IMG/VR virus record: IMGVR_UViG_2630968533_000007
Span: 1 to 42,815 of that record
Strand: one strand, 5' to 3'
DNA length: 42,815 bases
DNA from: a virus
Taxonomy: Duplodnaviria; Heunggongvirae; Uroviricota; Caudoviricetes
Shown: piece by piece, positions 1 to 9,480 of the stretch
Numbering within the stretch: position 1 is the first letter of the stretch
Layout of the letters: every line of letters begins with the position of its first letter
Notes under the pieces: generated by a model
What the model saw: the letters and a program-made list of their open reading frames with translations, nothing else
Databases searched by the model: none
What the model was told of the DNA's origin: nothing
Position numbers and translations under genes: made by a program

Positions 1-242
1 TTAATGGTGGGCTTTTTTATGCAAAACCTGAACACCCTGCGGTATTCCCCTGGCATTATGACTTTCGCGTTTAACCAACAGCCAAACCAGCAAACACGCC
101 ACCACAGGCACAGCAAAATCCATCAGGCTTGCCACACCCCATGCGTGCGGCTCAAAGCTGCCCCGCCATGGCATATTAATCCGCTTGCCATTTTCGAACA
201 GCTGATTGGTTTAGTCCGGTGTTTTCCTGCTTGCACTTAAAA

Positions 243-377
243 ATGAGCAGATGGGAAACTCTCGAAATGGTTCGTCGATATGCTCACCTTTCAGTCAGGC
301 ATTTCACCGCGCACGCGAGCAAAATCAAAGGCACAAGAGGAGAACGTAGTTTACTTAAATGTGAGATAACTTATTGA
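243..377 (+). pseudogene. 3'-terminal remnant (~44 codons) of a phage-type tyrosine integrase gene
   Basis: Frame 243-377 encodes ...[13 protein letters not shown]...; 262-290 is identical to the 3' end of the intact int gene (41221-41249), then the sequence diverges; nothing integrase-like upstream. Confidence 0.5.
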
Positions 378-383
378 TTTAAA

Positions 384-429
384 TGGTGCCGATAATAGGA
401 GTCGAACCTACGACCTTCGCATTACGAAT
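384..429. repeat. attL: direct repeat of the 3' 46 nt of tRNA-Thr (near-identical block 367-429 matches 41355-41417)
   Basis: tggtgccgataataggagtcgaacctacgaccttcgcattacgaat present at both 384-429 and 41372-41417; the left copy lacks the tRNA 5' half. Confidence 0.8.
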
Positions 430-968
430 TATAAGAATCCGCTTCTAATTCAAAGCATTACCCCATCAACACTGCGCTCACACGTCCCACCACATCAAAA
501 CATGTAAAGCCTTGCAAGCCATTGCGAGGCCTTATATGTCTCAGTTTTGTCCCACCTTGTATTACGACTTGCATAGCCAATGAAGATAAACGTAACGACA
601 AACGGCACTGCAGTCTTCTTTTCTTTCACGACTTCCCCACACCCAGCATGCATACCTTTCTGCCACAACTGTAGTGAATGTCTGTTATGAGCGAAATATA
701 GTCATTGACTACCGAATCTCTTTTCGCCGAAACGCGCTACTAAATAGCTAGCGCGTGCGCAATGGCACGTTAGTGCTGATATACGTCAGGAGTAAAGCGT
801 GATGTAAATTTTTCTGATGAATTTTCAGAATGTATCATCCGGGCTTACCGATGGCAGTGTCGTTTCGGCTCAAAAAGGTGTGAAATATAAATAGCAGCGC
901 TGATGTTTAAATAATTATCAAGTCTGGCATGATGAGAGAGAAACTTAACTTATGCGAGGATCGCAAGT

Positions 969-2339
969 ATGCTGAATCTTATCGTTGTCGGAACCCCCAA
1001 ATACTACACTTTTTTTTCTGAACCCAGTGGCAATGACTCTTTCCCTGTGTCGCGACTCTTCGAATCCACGCCAGAGTCTCTTAGAAGCAGATTGCTTCCC
1101 CTGACTGAAAAAACCTATCATTTTCTTCAGGAACTGCCCGTTGTATTTATGTCCGAGCCGGAAATTGAATTCGATGAAGATAATGAAAAAATAGGTTATT
1201 TCAGCCACATCCGCTTAGGAAAAATCAGCAAGATAAGTACGTCCGTGTATAACAGAGAAAAAGTTTTAGCGTTTGATTATGAGATTACCAGTGATATCGG
1301 CTACAAGCCTTTAACCAGCGATAAAGAGTACGTAAGTGAGCTGGAGCTGGGCAGTTTCGGACTAAACAGAACGTTCTGGGCGGTCAAAGAGATTTCCGTA
1401 AATGAGATTCTGCGTGTTTTAGGCCTTGAAGGCTATTCTAATGTTGAGCCCGCAGCAGCGAGTGCGGAAGCACCGGAGAATAATGAAGAACTAGAGATCA
1501 TTGCGAATATCAATCAGTACTTGCAGGTGATACTCGATCATACACAGGGAAACGATGAAGAGGTATTTTACCGCGGTCACTCGGACATCAACTACCAACT
1601 GGAACCCTCACTGTTCCGCAAGGATACTCAGGGTAACTATCGCTACCGCCATCACGAATCGGACATGATAACAGAGCTGCTGACCGTGCAGCCCGCCGAG
1701 TTCAAAGACGATCGGTATATGCTAGATAAACTCGTGCGCATGCAACACTATGGCCTACCCACACGCCTGCTTGATGTATCAACAAACCCCTTGATCGCAC
1801 TATATTTTGCCTGCTCTAAAATCAAGCACGATGAAAATAATCATGAAATTGACGGGAACGTCATTATTCTGACGACGCCCAAAAGTGAAATTAAGTTTTT
1901 CGACTCGGATACCGTAAGTTGCATAGCCAATCTTTCCCGTCTTCCCTCTCGTTTCAAAAGCAGCCTGAAAACTAATCTCACCATTCCGGCGTTTAACGAA
2001 TCTGAAGAGTGCGGACAACTACTACACCTGATCCGCGATGAAAAGTCCTATTTCAAAAGCATCATCGATCCGGTCCACCTAAGTAAAATTGTTGTGGTCA
2101 AAGGTCGGCTCAGTAACGCACGTATTTCGTCCCAATCAGGCGCTTTCCTGCTCTTTGGTGAAAACGTAGACCTACCGGAAACGGGACTCAGTACGCTGAA
2201 CATCAAAAAGCTTGTTATTAGAAACAAAGAGCATCTGATGCAGCAACTGAGCCGCCTTGGCATTAACGAAAGCACGGTGTACCCCGGCATTGAGAAGGCT
2301 GCTACGGAAATTGCAAAACTATACGATGGACGAATCTGA
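969..2339 (+). CDS. FRG-domain protein with an uncharacterised ~190-aa N-terminal region (cargo, candidate defence component)
   Basis: Motifs VFYRGHSDINYQLEPSLFR and LVRMQHYGLPTRLLDVSTNPLIALYFA match the conserved FRG-domain signature; GAGGA ribosome-binding site before the ATG at 969. Confidence 0.55.
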   Translation: MLNLIVVGTPKYYTFFSEPSGNDSFPVSRLFESTPESLRSRLLPLTEKTYHFLQELPVVFMSEPEIEFDEDNEKIGYFSHIRLGKISKISTSVYNREKVLAFDYEITSDIGYKPLTSDKEYVSELELGSFGLNRTFWAVKEISVNEILRVLGLEGYSNVEPAAASAEAPENNEELEIIANINQYLQVILDHTQGNDEEVFYRGHSDINYQLEPSLFRKDTQGNYRYRHHESDMITELLTVQPAEFKDDRYMLDKLVRMQHYGLPTRLLDVSTNPLIALYFACSKIKHDENNHEIDGNVIILTTPKSEIKFFDSDTVSCIANLSRLPSRFKSSLKTNLTIPAFNESEECGQLLHLIRDEKSYFKSIIDPVHLSKIVVVKGRLSNARISSQSGAFLLFGENVDLPETGLSTLNIKKLVIRNKEHLMQQLSRLGINESTVYPGIEKAATEIAKLYDGRI

Positions 2340-2480
2340 TAGCGCTTTAGTCGCACGGCACGCCTGTGTGCCAGCGTGGGCCCATAGCCGCTTTAATCGC
2401 CGTGCAGAATGCAGTTTTCAGGTAACTTCAGAGAAACAAGTGATCTCATTTCGTTGTATTTATTAGCTGCGGAGTCATTA

Positions 2481-3533
2481 ATGGAAAGAATCAAGAGGAA
2501 TCCCGAACGATTTGAAGCCTTTGAGCTTTTTTCCTCGTTGGGCCAGATCTATAATTACGATATTAAAAACCCCGAGCACCAGGATGACTTTATACAAAAG
2601 GTCACCACGTCATTAATCGCTTCCCATCAGAATCCAATTCTGCTGAACGGGAAAAGAATAGAAAACCTATTTAAACACGTTTGCGCCGCACTGAACCACT
2701 GCCAGTTTCTTAAACAGGAAGACGCCGGAGACTTGATGTCAGCCGATCCCGATCTGGTGGCACCTGACTATCGCATTATACTGAAGGATCGCCGTCAGAT
2801 CTTTGTGGAAGTAAAAAACTTTAACGCGGATGACGTGGCTGACGATTATCGCCTGAAGAAATCGTACAGTGATAAGGTTGAAAAGTACGGTGAGCTCCAT
2901 GGTATTCCAGTTTATTATGCCATCTACATCAGGATGCTGCGCCGGTGGGCGCTGGTTGCACGCTCCTCAATGAAGGAGCTAGAGCGTGAACATACCTTGA
3001 CGCAGGCCTCGGCGCTCGCAAAAAGTGAGATGTACCTGCTGGGCGACCTATCGATAGCAACAGAACCCGATCTGGTTTTTGAGCTTATCCCCGACCGGAC
3101 CAAAGAAGTTTCAGTTAGTCCCGAAGGCATCGCCCATTTTACAATTGGCGAGATTAAAATTTACTGCAATGACAGACAAGTAACGGATAAATTTGAAATG
3201 AACACGGCGTTTCATCTGATGCGCTACGGAGAGTGGCTCTGCCCCGGATCGGAGGCAATATTCACTGATGGTCAGCTTGAGAGCATCCGATACACATTTT
3301 CCCCGGAAGACGACGAAAATTACAAAAGACAGGGTTTCGACTTTATAGGTACGCTGAGTTCGCTGGTCACGTCGGCCTTTAACGAGCAGACTGTACACGA
3401 CAGCCAGATCAGGTCAGTTGACACCCGGCAGAATGTCAGACTTTTCACGGTAACCATCCCTGATGATTACAAAGGGGGAGGCCTGCCTCTGTGGCGTTTC
3501 TCAATGCGGCCAAACTATGAATTTACCGATTAA
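2481..3533 (+). CDS. Hypothetical protein, possible PD-(D/E)xK nuclease-like partner of the FRG protein
   Basis: Same strand, 141 bp after the FRG gene; GGAG site 6 nt before the ATG at 2481 (the open frame extends up to 2409); segment PDYRIILKDRRQIFVEVK resembles a D...ExK active-site arrangement. Confidence 0.4.
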   Translation: MERIKRNPERFEAFELFSSLGQIYNYDIKNPEHQDDFIQKVTTSLIASHQNPILLNGKRIENLFKHVCAALNHCQFLKQEDAGDLMSADPDLVAPDYRIILKDRRQIFVEVKNFNADDVADDYRLKKSYSDKVEKYGELHGIPVYYAIYIRMLRRWALVARSSMKELEREHTLTQASALAKSEMYLLGDLSIATEPDLVFELIPDRTKEVSVSPEGIAHFTIGEIKIYCNDRQVTDKFEMNTAFHLMRYGEWLCPGSEAIFTDGQLESIRYTFSPEDDENYKRQGFDFIGTLSSLVTSAFNEQTVHDSQIRSVDTRQNVRLFTVTIPDDYKGGGLPLWRFSMRPNYEFTD

Positions 3534-3820
3534 GAGTAATAGTGAGACATTTAATCGGGATAAATCGCTCGATAATTCGTTGCTACTTCAACAACTTATA
3601 AATGAGAAGACCCAGCCTAATAACCTCACAATCAACTTCATTGCGGATCCCCAAAGATAGACGGGCATAGGCGGCTTTTTATCACCTAAGCGTCAGCGCA
3701 ACATAAATGATCGGGTCAATGGAATGACCTGTTCCCCGTTAAACAACACAGATGGTTGTTAGCCACTTCCGCACTTGGCATGACTTGTCCCACCGTTTGA
3801 TACGTTACTATCTTAGTAAT

Positions 3821-3835
3821 GTCCGCTTCTGGCAC
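3821..3835. repeat. 15-bp direct repeat gtccgcttctggcac, left copy flanking the AT-rich gene 4010-4825
   Basis: Perfect 15-mer also at 4874-4888; both copies are preceded by taatg. Confidence 0.5.
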
Positions 3836-4009
3836 GAAGCTATCGTAGGTTAGGCCCAAGGACAGCTTTAAGCGAGGAGCGGACGCTGAATTCGAATTCA
3901 TCGTAAAAATTTTTATGGCCAAGTAGCTCTATAAGGCCTTTCATTAAAGCTATCTTTGTCGCAAAGCTTATGCAAAAAGTTACTTTATCTTTAAATCTAA
4001 TAAGATAAC

Positions 4010-4825
4010 ATGATTGACGAAACTCCAAAATCAACTTTACTTAAGCAAAAACGAGGCATGCAATTGAAAAAGATTAGGAAAATCAATAAAAAAATTATTG
4101 ATGAATTGCTATCTCTTCGCGAATCAAGAGGAGCTATAGAAGACTTCTCAATGTCTTTCCTACTAAATTTTGCAGAAAATTGTCGACTTATGCATTCACT
4201 TATTTCAACGAAAGATAAGAAAATAGATATTTATAAAACAGCATATCGACAATATTTTGTATTTCTAATCAGTTGCTGGGAAACATATTTTAGAGACGTT
4301 TTTGTTTTCGTGCATTCAGTTGATGAATCTAGAATTACAACACTACTATCTAAAATGAGAACAGAAACATCTATCAATATAAACACTGAGATAAATCTAT
4401 CAGAGTTATTGAGTAAAAGCTTTAACTTTCAAAACTTAAACGACCTTGAAGAAGCATATAATGGCATGTGGGGTGAGAGTTTTTTAAACTACATATGTAC
4501 AACTAATATATCTCCTTGCGGTCTGAGTGGCCAAATTTCCCAAGATTTATCGATAGAAAATATATTTCCAGACTGGAGAGCCCTCATAGAGGAAGCATTT
4601 TACATTAGGCACAAAGTGGTTCATGATGCAAACTTCAGACCTAAAGTCAACATTGAATTAATCAGTAAGGTAGAGGCTTTGTTTTTAATAATCCCACAAT
4701 TTGCAACGCATATCATATCAGAAAGATTCAACTTAAAAAAAATCGTCATTTCAGATGGTAAAAATAACCATACCTATATTTTCAATATCAGTGATATATT
4801 ATCTGATGATTGGGTTGTTAGTTGA
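4010..4825 (+). CDS. Hypothetical AT-rich cargo protein with a C-terminal R-x4-H (HEPN-like) motif
   Basis: 271-aa ORF, markedly AT-rich compared with neighbouring genes; motif RHKVVHD near the C-terminus; no canonical Shine-Dalgarno site. Confidence 0.35.
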   Translation: MIDETPKSTLLKQKRGMQLKKIRKINKKIIDELLSLRESRGAIEDFSMSFLLNFAENCRLMHSLISTKDKKIDIYKTAYRQYFVFLISCWETYFRDVFVFVHSVDESRITTLLSKMRTETSININTEINLSELLSKSFNFQNLNDLEEAYNGMWGESFLNYICTTNISPCGLSGQISQDLSIENIFPDWRALIEEAFYIRHKVVHDANFRPKVNIELISKVEALFLIIPQFATHIISERFNLKKIVISDGKNNHTYIFNISDILSDDWVVS

Positions 4826-4873
4826 TGATGGGATTGTAAGTATATTAACACAAAAAACAAAGAATCTAATGAA

Positions 4874-4888
4874 GTCCGCTTCTGGCAC
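4874..4888. repeat. 15-bp direct repeat gtccgcttctggcac, right copy
   Basis: Perfect match to 3821-3835. Confidence 0.5.
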
Positions 4889-5063
4889 ATAGCAGCCCTA
4901 GAGACAGTGGCGTAAAGTCATGGAGGATAGGTGGGAGGAGGTAAAAATCCTCTCATACAAAAATATGTAAAATCGATAACGGCTGGAAATCATTCAATAT
5001 TCGCACTATCAGAAGCTGGCCAGCCAGCCGCAGCACTTTCTTGCATACGACGAGCCTGCGGTT

Positions 5064-5618
5064 TCATTTATCTCCGACCGGAAACTTCTTATACAGTGTC
5101 GATACACCAACATCATAGATGATCGCCACCTTCTGGCGAGGAATTCCTGCTGCAATTAATCGTCCGGCCTGCGCCCATTGTTCTGGTGTAAGTTTGGGAC
5201 GACGTCCACCAATTCGTCCCTGTGCGCGAGCAGCTTCCAGTCCAGCTTTTGTTCGTTCAACAATCAGTTCACGCTCCATTTCAGCCAGGGCACCCATCAC
5301 ATGAAAGAAAAAACGCCCCATTGGTGTGCTGGTATCAATTGAATCCGTCAGACTACGAAAGTTGATGCCTCGTTCGCGCAACTCCTCCACCAACACGACA
5401 AGATGCCGCATACTACGCCCCAGCCGATCCAGCTTCCAGACAACCAGAGTGTCACCTGCCGATAATGTCCTGAGCAGTTTTTTCAGTCCCGGCCTTTCGG
5501 ACTTTGTGCCGCTTATCTTGTCTTCAAAAATCAGCTCGCATCCTGCACAGTTCAGCGCATTACGTTGTAGATCTGTGTTCTGGTCATTTGTTGATACGCG
5601 TACATAGCCAATAAGCAT
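5064..5618 (-). CDS. pin: Serine recombinase, DNA invertase of the Hin/Gin/Pin family
   Basis: MLIGYVRVSTNDQNTDLQ...VVWKLDRLGRSM...GINFRSLTDSIDTS...GRIGGRRPK is nearly collinear with Pin/Gin invertases; start taken at the internal ATG at 5618. Confidence 0.93.
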   Translation of the reverse strand: MLIGYVRVSTNDQNTDLQRNALNCAGCELIFEDKISGTKSERPGLKKLLRTLSAGDTLVVWKLDRLGRSMRHLVVLVEELRERGINFRSLTDSIDTSTPMGRFFFHVMGALAEMERELIVERTKAGLEAARAQGRIGGRRPKLTPEQWAQAGRLIAAGIPRQKVAIIYDVGVSTLYKKFPVGDK

Positions 5619-5672
5619 GGTAGATCCCCCTGACAAAAGCAGGAATGATGCCATTTGCTCGTTATTTCTGCA

Positions 5673-5698
5673 TTTTCATAAACGTTGGTTTGGGAGAA
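5673..5698. promoter_or_regulatory. Invertase crossover site (gix/hix-like), left
   Basis: ttttcataaacgttggtttgggagaa; in inverted orientation to 7541-7566 (21 of 26 positions, last 14 identical); resembles the hix/gix consensus. Confidence 0.75.
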
Positions 5699-6037
5699 GC
5701 GGCTAAAAGGAATGTAGGGACAGGGGCGAATCAGATACCTGATATGGGTAGCTTCACGCTTTCTGTTTCAGGTACTGGATATCAAAAATTACCATCAGGT
5801 TTTATTCTTCAGTGGGGCTCAATCGGCGCTCCAGGCATTGCACAGGATGTAGTAACCCATTTCCCAATTGCATTTCCAAACAGATGTCTGCGTGTTTTGG
5901 TCTCACAAGACTATACACCAGATAGCGGGGCTGTTGGTTATATTGCCTGTGCAGGTTTTAGTCCCGACCCGGTTAAATTTATATCCAGAGCCAGTACTCC
6001 TGGCCTCGGCGCTTCATTTTTAGCGTTAGGCTGTTAA
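5699..6037 (+). CDS. Alternative tail-fibre C-terminal module, promoterless, expressed only after inversion
   Basis: Frame runs through the crossover site encoding ...NVGLGE, matching ...ENLGLGE at the crossover inside the active tail-fibre gene. Confidence 0.55.
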   Translation, partial: AAKRNVGTGANQIPDMGSFTLSVSGTGYQKLPSGFILQWGSIGAPGIAQDVVTHFPIAFPNRCLRVLVSQDYTPDSGAVGYIACAGFSPDPVKFISRASTPGLGASFLALGC

Positions 6038-6058
6038 TTTAGCTATATGGAGTGAAAA

Positions 6059-6499
6059 ATGAATTACATATATTCCGCGACTACAAACTCTTTCTATCCG
6101 CTGGAGATGAAAGAGGATTACACTCAAGCTGACTCATGGCCAGATGATGCTGTTGAAGTTGATGAGCAAGTGTATATTGAGTTTTCCGGATTACCGCCGA
6201 AAGGAAAAATCCGTATCGCTGGAGAAAATGGTTTTCCTGCATGGTCCGAAATTCCACCACCAACACATGAGGAACAAATTGCTGCAGCCGAACTGGAGAA
6301 GCAGCAATTGATTAATCAGGCCAACGATTATATGAACAGTAAACAATGGCCTGGTAAAGCGGCTATTGGTCGTCTGAAAGGTGACGAACTGGCGCAATAT
6401 AATTTGTGGCTGGATTACCTGGACGCACTGGAACTGGTCGATACTTCCGGTGCGCCAGATATTGAATGGCCTACGCCTCCGGCAGTTCAGGCCAGATGA
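6059..6499 (+). CDS. Tail-fibre assembly protein (alternative copy in the invertible segment)
   Basis: C-terminus ...LWLDYLDALELVDTSGAPDIEWPTPP parallels the other copy; GGAG site before the ATG. Confidence 0.75.
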   Translation: MNYIYSATTNSFYPLEMKEDYTQADSWPDDAVEVDEQVYIEFSGLPPKGKIRIAGENGFPAWSEIPPPTHEEQIAAAELEKQQLINQANDYMNSKQWPGKAAIGRLKGDELAQYNLWLDYLDALELVDTSGAPDIEWPTPPAVQAR

Positions 6500-7073
6500 C
6501 ATCCGGCGCGGTGCTCGTATCTGTTGCCGTCACCGCGTCAATGTAATCCAGCACAGCGTTAAGTCGGGTGGTTTCTGCCTGCGTCAGCTTCCGCCCGGCC
6601 TGCAATTTCAGTTGAATCAGACTGATGGAAGCCATTGCAGTATCAATCAGTGACTGACGCTGTGCTTCTGCCGCGTCTACTGCGGCGCTATGCTGTGCCT
6701 CAGTATCGGTCACCCATTTCTTACCATCCCATTTATCGAATGGCGTTAACGGGGCGATAGTGGTTGTATTTTCAGGATAATCACCCGGAGCTGTGATTTC
6801 TTTGGCGTCTCCCGTTTCGGTGTTATAGACGATTTCACCGCGATGGTCTGGCACATATTCCCATGAGTTTAAATCCATCGAACGGCAGATAGCATAACCC
6901 GCCTTATGTATACCAGGTTCATCCAGACAGGAATATGCAGGGATACCGACACCAATGGCAAGATATTCATTTGAAGTAGAAATATATTCCCGAGTTTTAC
7001 CATCATAGTTATAGACGGTAATATTCCCCGCCTTCGTGGCAATAAGCTCGCTATTTAATACGGCGTTATCCAT
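6471..7073 (-). CDS. Tail-fibre assembly protein (copy in the expressed orientation)
   Basis: Follows the tail-fibre gene; C-terminal ...LDYIDAVTATDTSTAPDVIWPELPEA is the typical assembly-protein tail. Confidence 0.8.
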   Translation of the reverse strand: MDNAVLNSELIATKAGNITVYNYDGKTREYISTSNEYLAIGVGIPAYSCLDEPGIHKAGYAICRSMDLNSWEYVPDHRGEIVYNTETGDAKEITAPGDYPENTTTIAPLTPFDKWDGKKWVTDTEAQHSAAVDAAEAQRQSLIDTAMASISLIQLKLQAGRKLTQAETTRLNAVLDYIDAVTATDTSTAPDVIWPELPEA

Positions 7074-7843
7074 TATGCAGCCCTCACGATATAGTTAAAT
7101 GCAATATTTCGTGGACGGGTTTCACTCCCGCCAGTATTACCGATACTCCCTCGTGAATGAAGTGTCGGTGATGGGATCAGACTCCCTCCTGTATTTGCGG
7201 CATCAAGTCCCCGTCCTTGTGTGTATGTCTTTTTGAAAATCGTAGCCAGTTCCCATTCATCTTTTGTGTCGTAACCATCATTGGCAACAACAATATGGCG
7301 GTGTTTTTCCAGCATCCCTGTCTGAATGCTCAATAAAACACGTCCTGCATCAATACCGCGCCCGTCATCCCAGCCACGAATAAACTCACCACGTAAATCA
7401 GGCAATTTATTTGTCGGATAAGCCTTTGCCAGTTCCGGGTATTCTTCAGCAGAAAAAGCCGCACCGTTGCATTTCAGCCAGCCTGTTGGCGGTGTGGCTG
7501 AAGGCCATGGAACAGGCACACCAACAGGTAATGCAGAGCCTTCTCCCAAACCAAGGTTTTCGAGAGCTGTTTTCACGGTGCCATCCGATTTGATATCGCC
7601 AAACGGATTCTTGCGGCTTAACAGCAGCGCACGAAGCGCGGTAAGCAGCTGGTCGTGCCTCCCCTTCTCCAGGCTGGCACCGGATGCCTCCACCACGCCA
7701 CAAAGCTCTTCCTGCAACATGTCAAAGTAGTCATCATCCAGATCGGTGGCAGGCGTGCCGGTCTGGGGGTTACCACGGGTAAAACCGTTCTTACCCGCGC
7801 CGAACTTATCCTTCTGCGCGGTTTTCGTGTCTATACGATGCAT
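7073..7843 (-). CDS. Tail-fibre protein: constant N-terminus plus invertible variable C-terminus
   Basis: Crossover site 7541-7566 lies about 92 codons into the gene; glycine-rich fibre-like C-terminal part. Confidence 0.75.
   Translation of the reverse strand: MHRIDTKTAQKDKFGAGKNGFTRGNPQTGTPATDLDDDYFDMLQEELCGVVEASGASLEKGRHDQLLTALRALLLSRKNPFGDIKSDGTVKTALENLGLGEGSALPVGVPVPWPSATPPTGWLKCNGAAFSAEEYPELAKAYPTNKLPDLRGEFIRGWDDGRGIDAGRVLLSIQTGMLEKHRHIVVANDGYDTKDEWELATIFKKTYTQGRGLDAANTGGSLIPSPTLHSRGSIGNTGGSETRPRNIAFNYIVRAA
7541..7566. promoter_or_regulatory. Invertase crossover site (gix/hix-like), right, inside the tail-fibre gene
   Basis: ttctcccaaaccaaggttttcgagag, close to hixL ttcttgaaaaccaaggtttttgataa. 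Confidence 0.75.
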
Positions 7844-7846
7844 GGA

Positions 7847-8431
7847 TTACTCCGGATATTTAAAAATTACGTAGGTATGCGACGGGCAGAGTTTGTTAAG
7901 CACACATTCGACAACGGTGTCCCCCCAGATACGCAGTGCGGAATCGCAGGGGTCGCCACATGTCATCCAGGTGGTGTTGGTGGCGGCTGGCATGTTGACC
8001 TGCCAGTAATACCGCCATTCCGGCGCATTCACCGCGTCAGTACAGACCGATGAGCAGGTGAACGTGCTTTTGTCGTATCGCGTGATGGTGGCGTCTGGTC
8101 TGCCCAGGGCAGCAAGCTGTGCAAGGTAAAAATCCTCATTGATGCCGCCCGCTAGGTTAACCTTCGCATCCAGTCGTTGCTGACGCTGGCGAAGGGTCTG
8201 TGTCCCTGCGGGAATACATTCATCCGGCAGGCCGCACAGACGCTCCCAGCGATTTATCAGTTCGGTGGTGGTGCGCGGATCCAGCTCCCGCATCAGGGCA
8301 TCCGCACGCTGATGAACGCGAGTTAATGACGGTGCCGCACCGGCAATCGCCGGATCGCTGGCTGACCACGCCGGACCGGGAGGCAACAGTGCCGACAACA
8401 GATGGATGTAATCATCGTTTGTCACGTCCAT
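7847..8431 (-). CDS. Tail/baseplate protein (Mu gp48-like)
   Basis: Position between the baseplate J-like gene and the tail fibre; gene order of a Mu-like tail module. Confidence 0.5.
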   Translation of the reverse strand: MDVTNDDYIHLLSALLPPGPAWSASDPAIAGAAPSLTRVHQRADALMRELDPRTTTELINRWERLCGLPDECIPAGTQTLRQRQQRLDAKVNLAGGINEDFYLAQLAALGRPDATITRYDKSTFTCSSVCTDAVNAPEWRYYWQVNMPAATNTTWMTCGDPCDSALRIWGDTVVECVLNKLCPSHTYVIFKYPE

Positions 8432-9480
8432 GAAATCGTCCCCAGTACCGCCAGTTCATTTTTTGCAATGGAGATATTGTCCGCCGGTGCAAGCAACTGA
8501 TGGCTGTATTCCCCGTTCGCACCGGAAATCGCCTCACTGATACGCGACACCTTCAGTTCTCCCTGCGGATAACCATCACGCAGCAGGAACGAACGCAACT
8601 CGGCGGTGATGGCAGCCCGTATTTCCGGTGTGTCCGGCGTCACGCGGATATGAAAATCCACTTTATGCGCCACCGGCCTGAATACATACAAATCAGAGCC
8701 TGCCACCGGGGCCAGTGGCTCAATGTGTTGTCTTGCCGCCGTTTCCGTTGATTCTTCCGGAATGGGATTAATCAGGTCACTGCTGGCAATCATCACACCG
8801 ACAGTCCCCGTTCCCATCCAGTGGCGGTATGTCCATGCACGGGTAATGCCTGGCACTTCTTTAGCCCAGACAACATAGTCCCCGTCAGCCCCGCCCTGAG
8901 GCGTCCAGTAATACCGCTCAATGACGCGGGCGCGCCACGTTTCCAGCTCTTCAGTATCAAATCCACCTGTCAGAGTGTCTGCCACGCCGGAAGACGGCAG
9001 ACCATTCACCGGCGTGACCAGGATTAATGACGTACCGTCGTCAGCGTTACCGACCGCGCCTGCACTTGAGCAGGCGATCGGCACGCGCAGGACACCACCG
9101 GAGCTGGTTGCATCGGCAGTTGCCGTGTACTGAACCAGGTCATCGCGCTGAATAACACTCCCGGCGGTCACCTTCAGGCCATCGCTGACACCTTCCCAGC
9201 GCATATACCCGCTGGCAGCCGTGGCCCCCTTGCGCGGACACCGTTTCATCGCAGCATGTCGCGCCAGCCAGGACTCATCGCACAGGTCAGGCAGCATGTT
9301 CATTGCCAGATAATCGATGTAACCGTAAACCGTATGCAGCGCCGCCGCATACACCTTTGCCCGCACGTCTTCATCCATGCGCCGGAGCGTGTCGCTGACG
9401 TCCAGCCTGGCGAATAAATCGTTACGGAGCATACTGATATTTTCTGCCAGCGTCGGGCGCTGAAATTCACTGTCCGCCAT
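8422..9480 (-). CDS. Baseplate J-like protein (Mu gp47-like)
   Basis: 352 aa; order and size fit a baseplate wedge protein. Confidence 0.7.
   Translation of the reverse strand: MADSEFQRPTLAENISMLRNDLFARLDVSDTLRRMDEDVRAKVYAAALHTVYGYIDYLAMNMLPDLCDESWLARHAAMKRCPRKGATAASGYMRWEGVSDGLKVTAGSVIQRDDLVQYTATADATSSGGVLRVPIACSSAGAVGNADDGTSLILVTPVNGLPSSGVADTLTGGFDTEELETWRARVIERYYWTPQGGADGDYVVWAKEVPGITRAWTYRHWMGTGTVGVMIASSDLINPIPEESTETAARQHIEPLAPVAGSDLYVFRPVAHKVDFHIRVTPDTPEIRAAITAELRSFLLRDGYPQGELKVSRISEAISGANGEYSHQLLAPADNISIAKNELAVLGTISWT

Larger units (their letters stand above)
5673..7566. other. Invertible tail-fibre segment (~1.9 kb, G-segment-like)
   Basis: Flanked by inverted 26-bp crossover sites next to the pin gene; holds two oppositely oriented fibre C-terminus plus assembly-protein sets. 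Confidence 0.75.

Noticed and set aside
4-240. 78-aa ORF at the left edge of the window
   Set aside because: No ribosome-binding site, odd His/Gln/Pro-rich composition, and it ends where the integrase remnant begins in another frame; probably not a gene, although the flank itself is of unknown origin.
5119-5607. Plus-strand ORFs of 61 and 93 aa antisense to the invertase gene
   Set aside because: Embedded in the strongly supported pin coding region on the opposite strand; Ser/Arg-rich mirror-frame artefacts.
7411-8053. Plus-strand ORFs antisense to the tail-fibre and baseplate genes
   Set aside because: Each lies entirely within a well-supported minus-strand gene and has low-complexity, Arg/Pro-rich composition.
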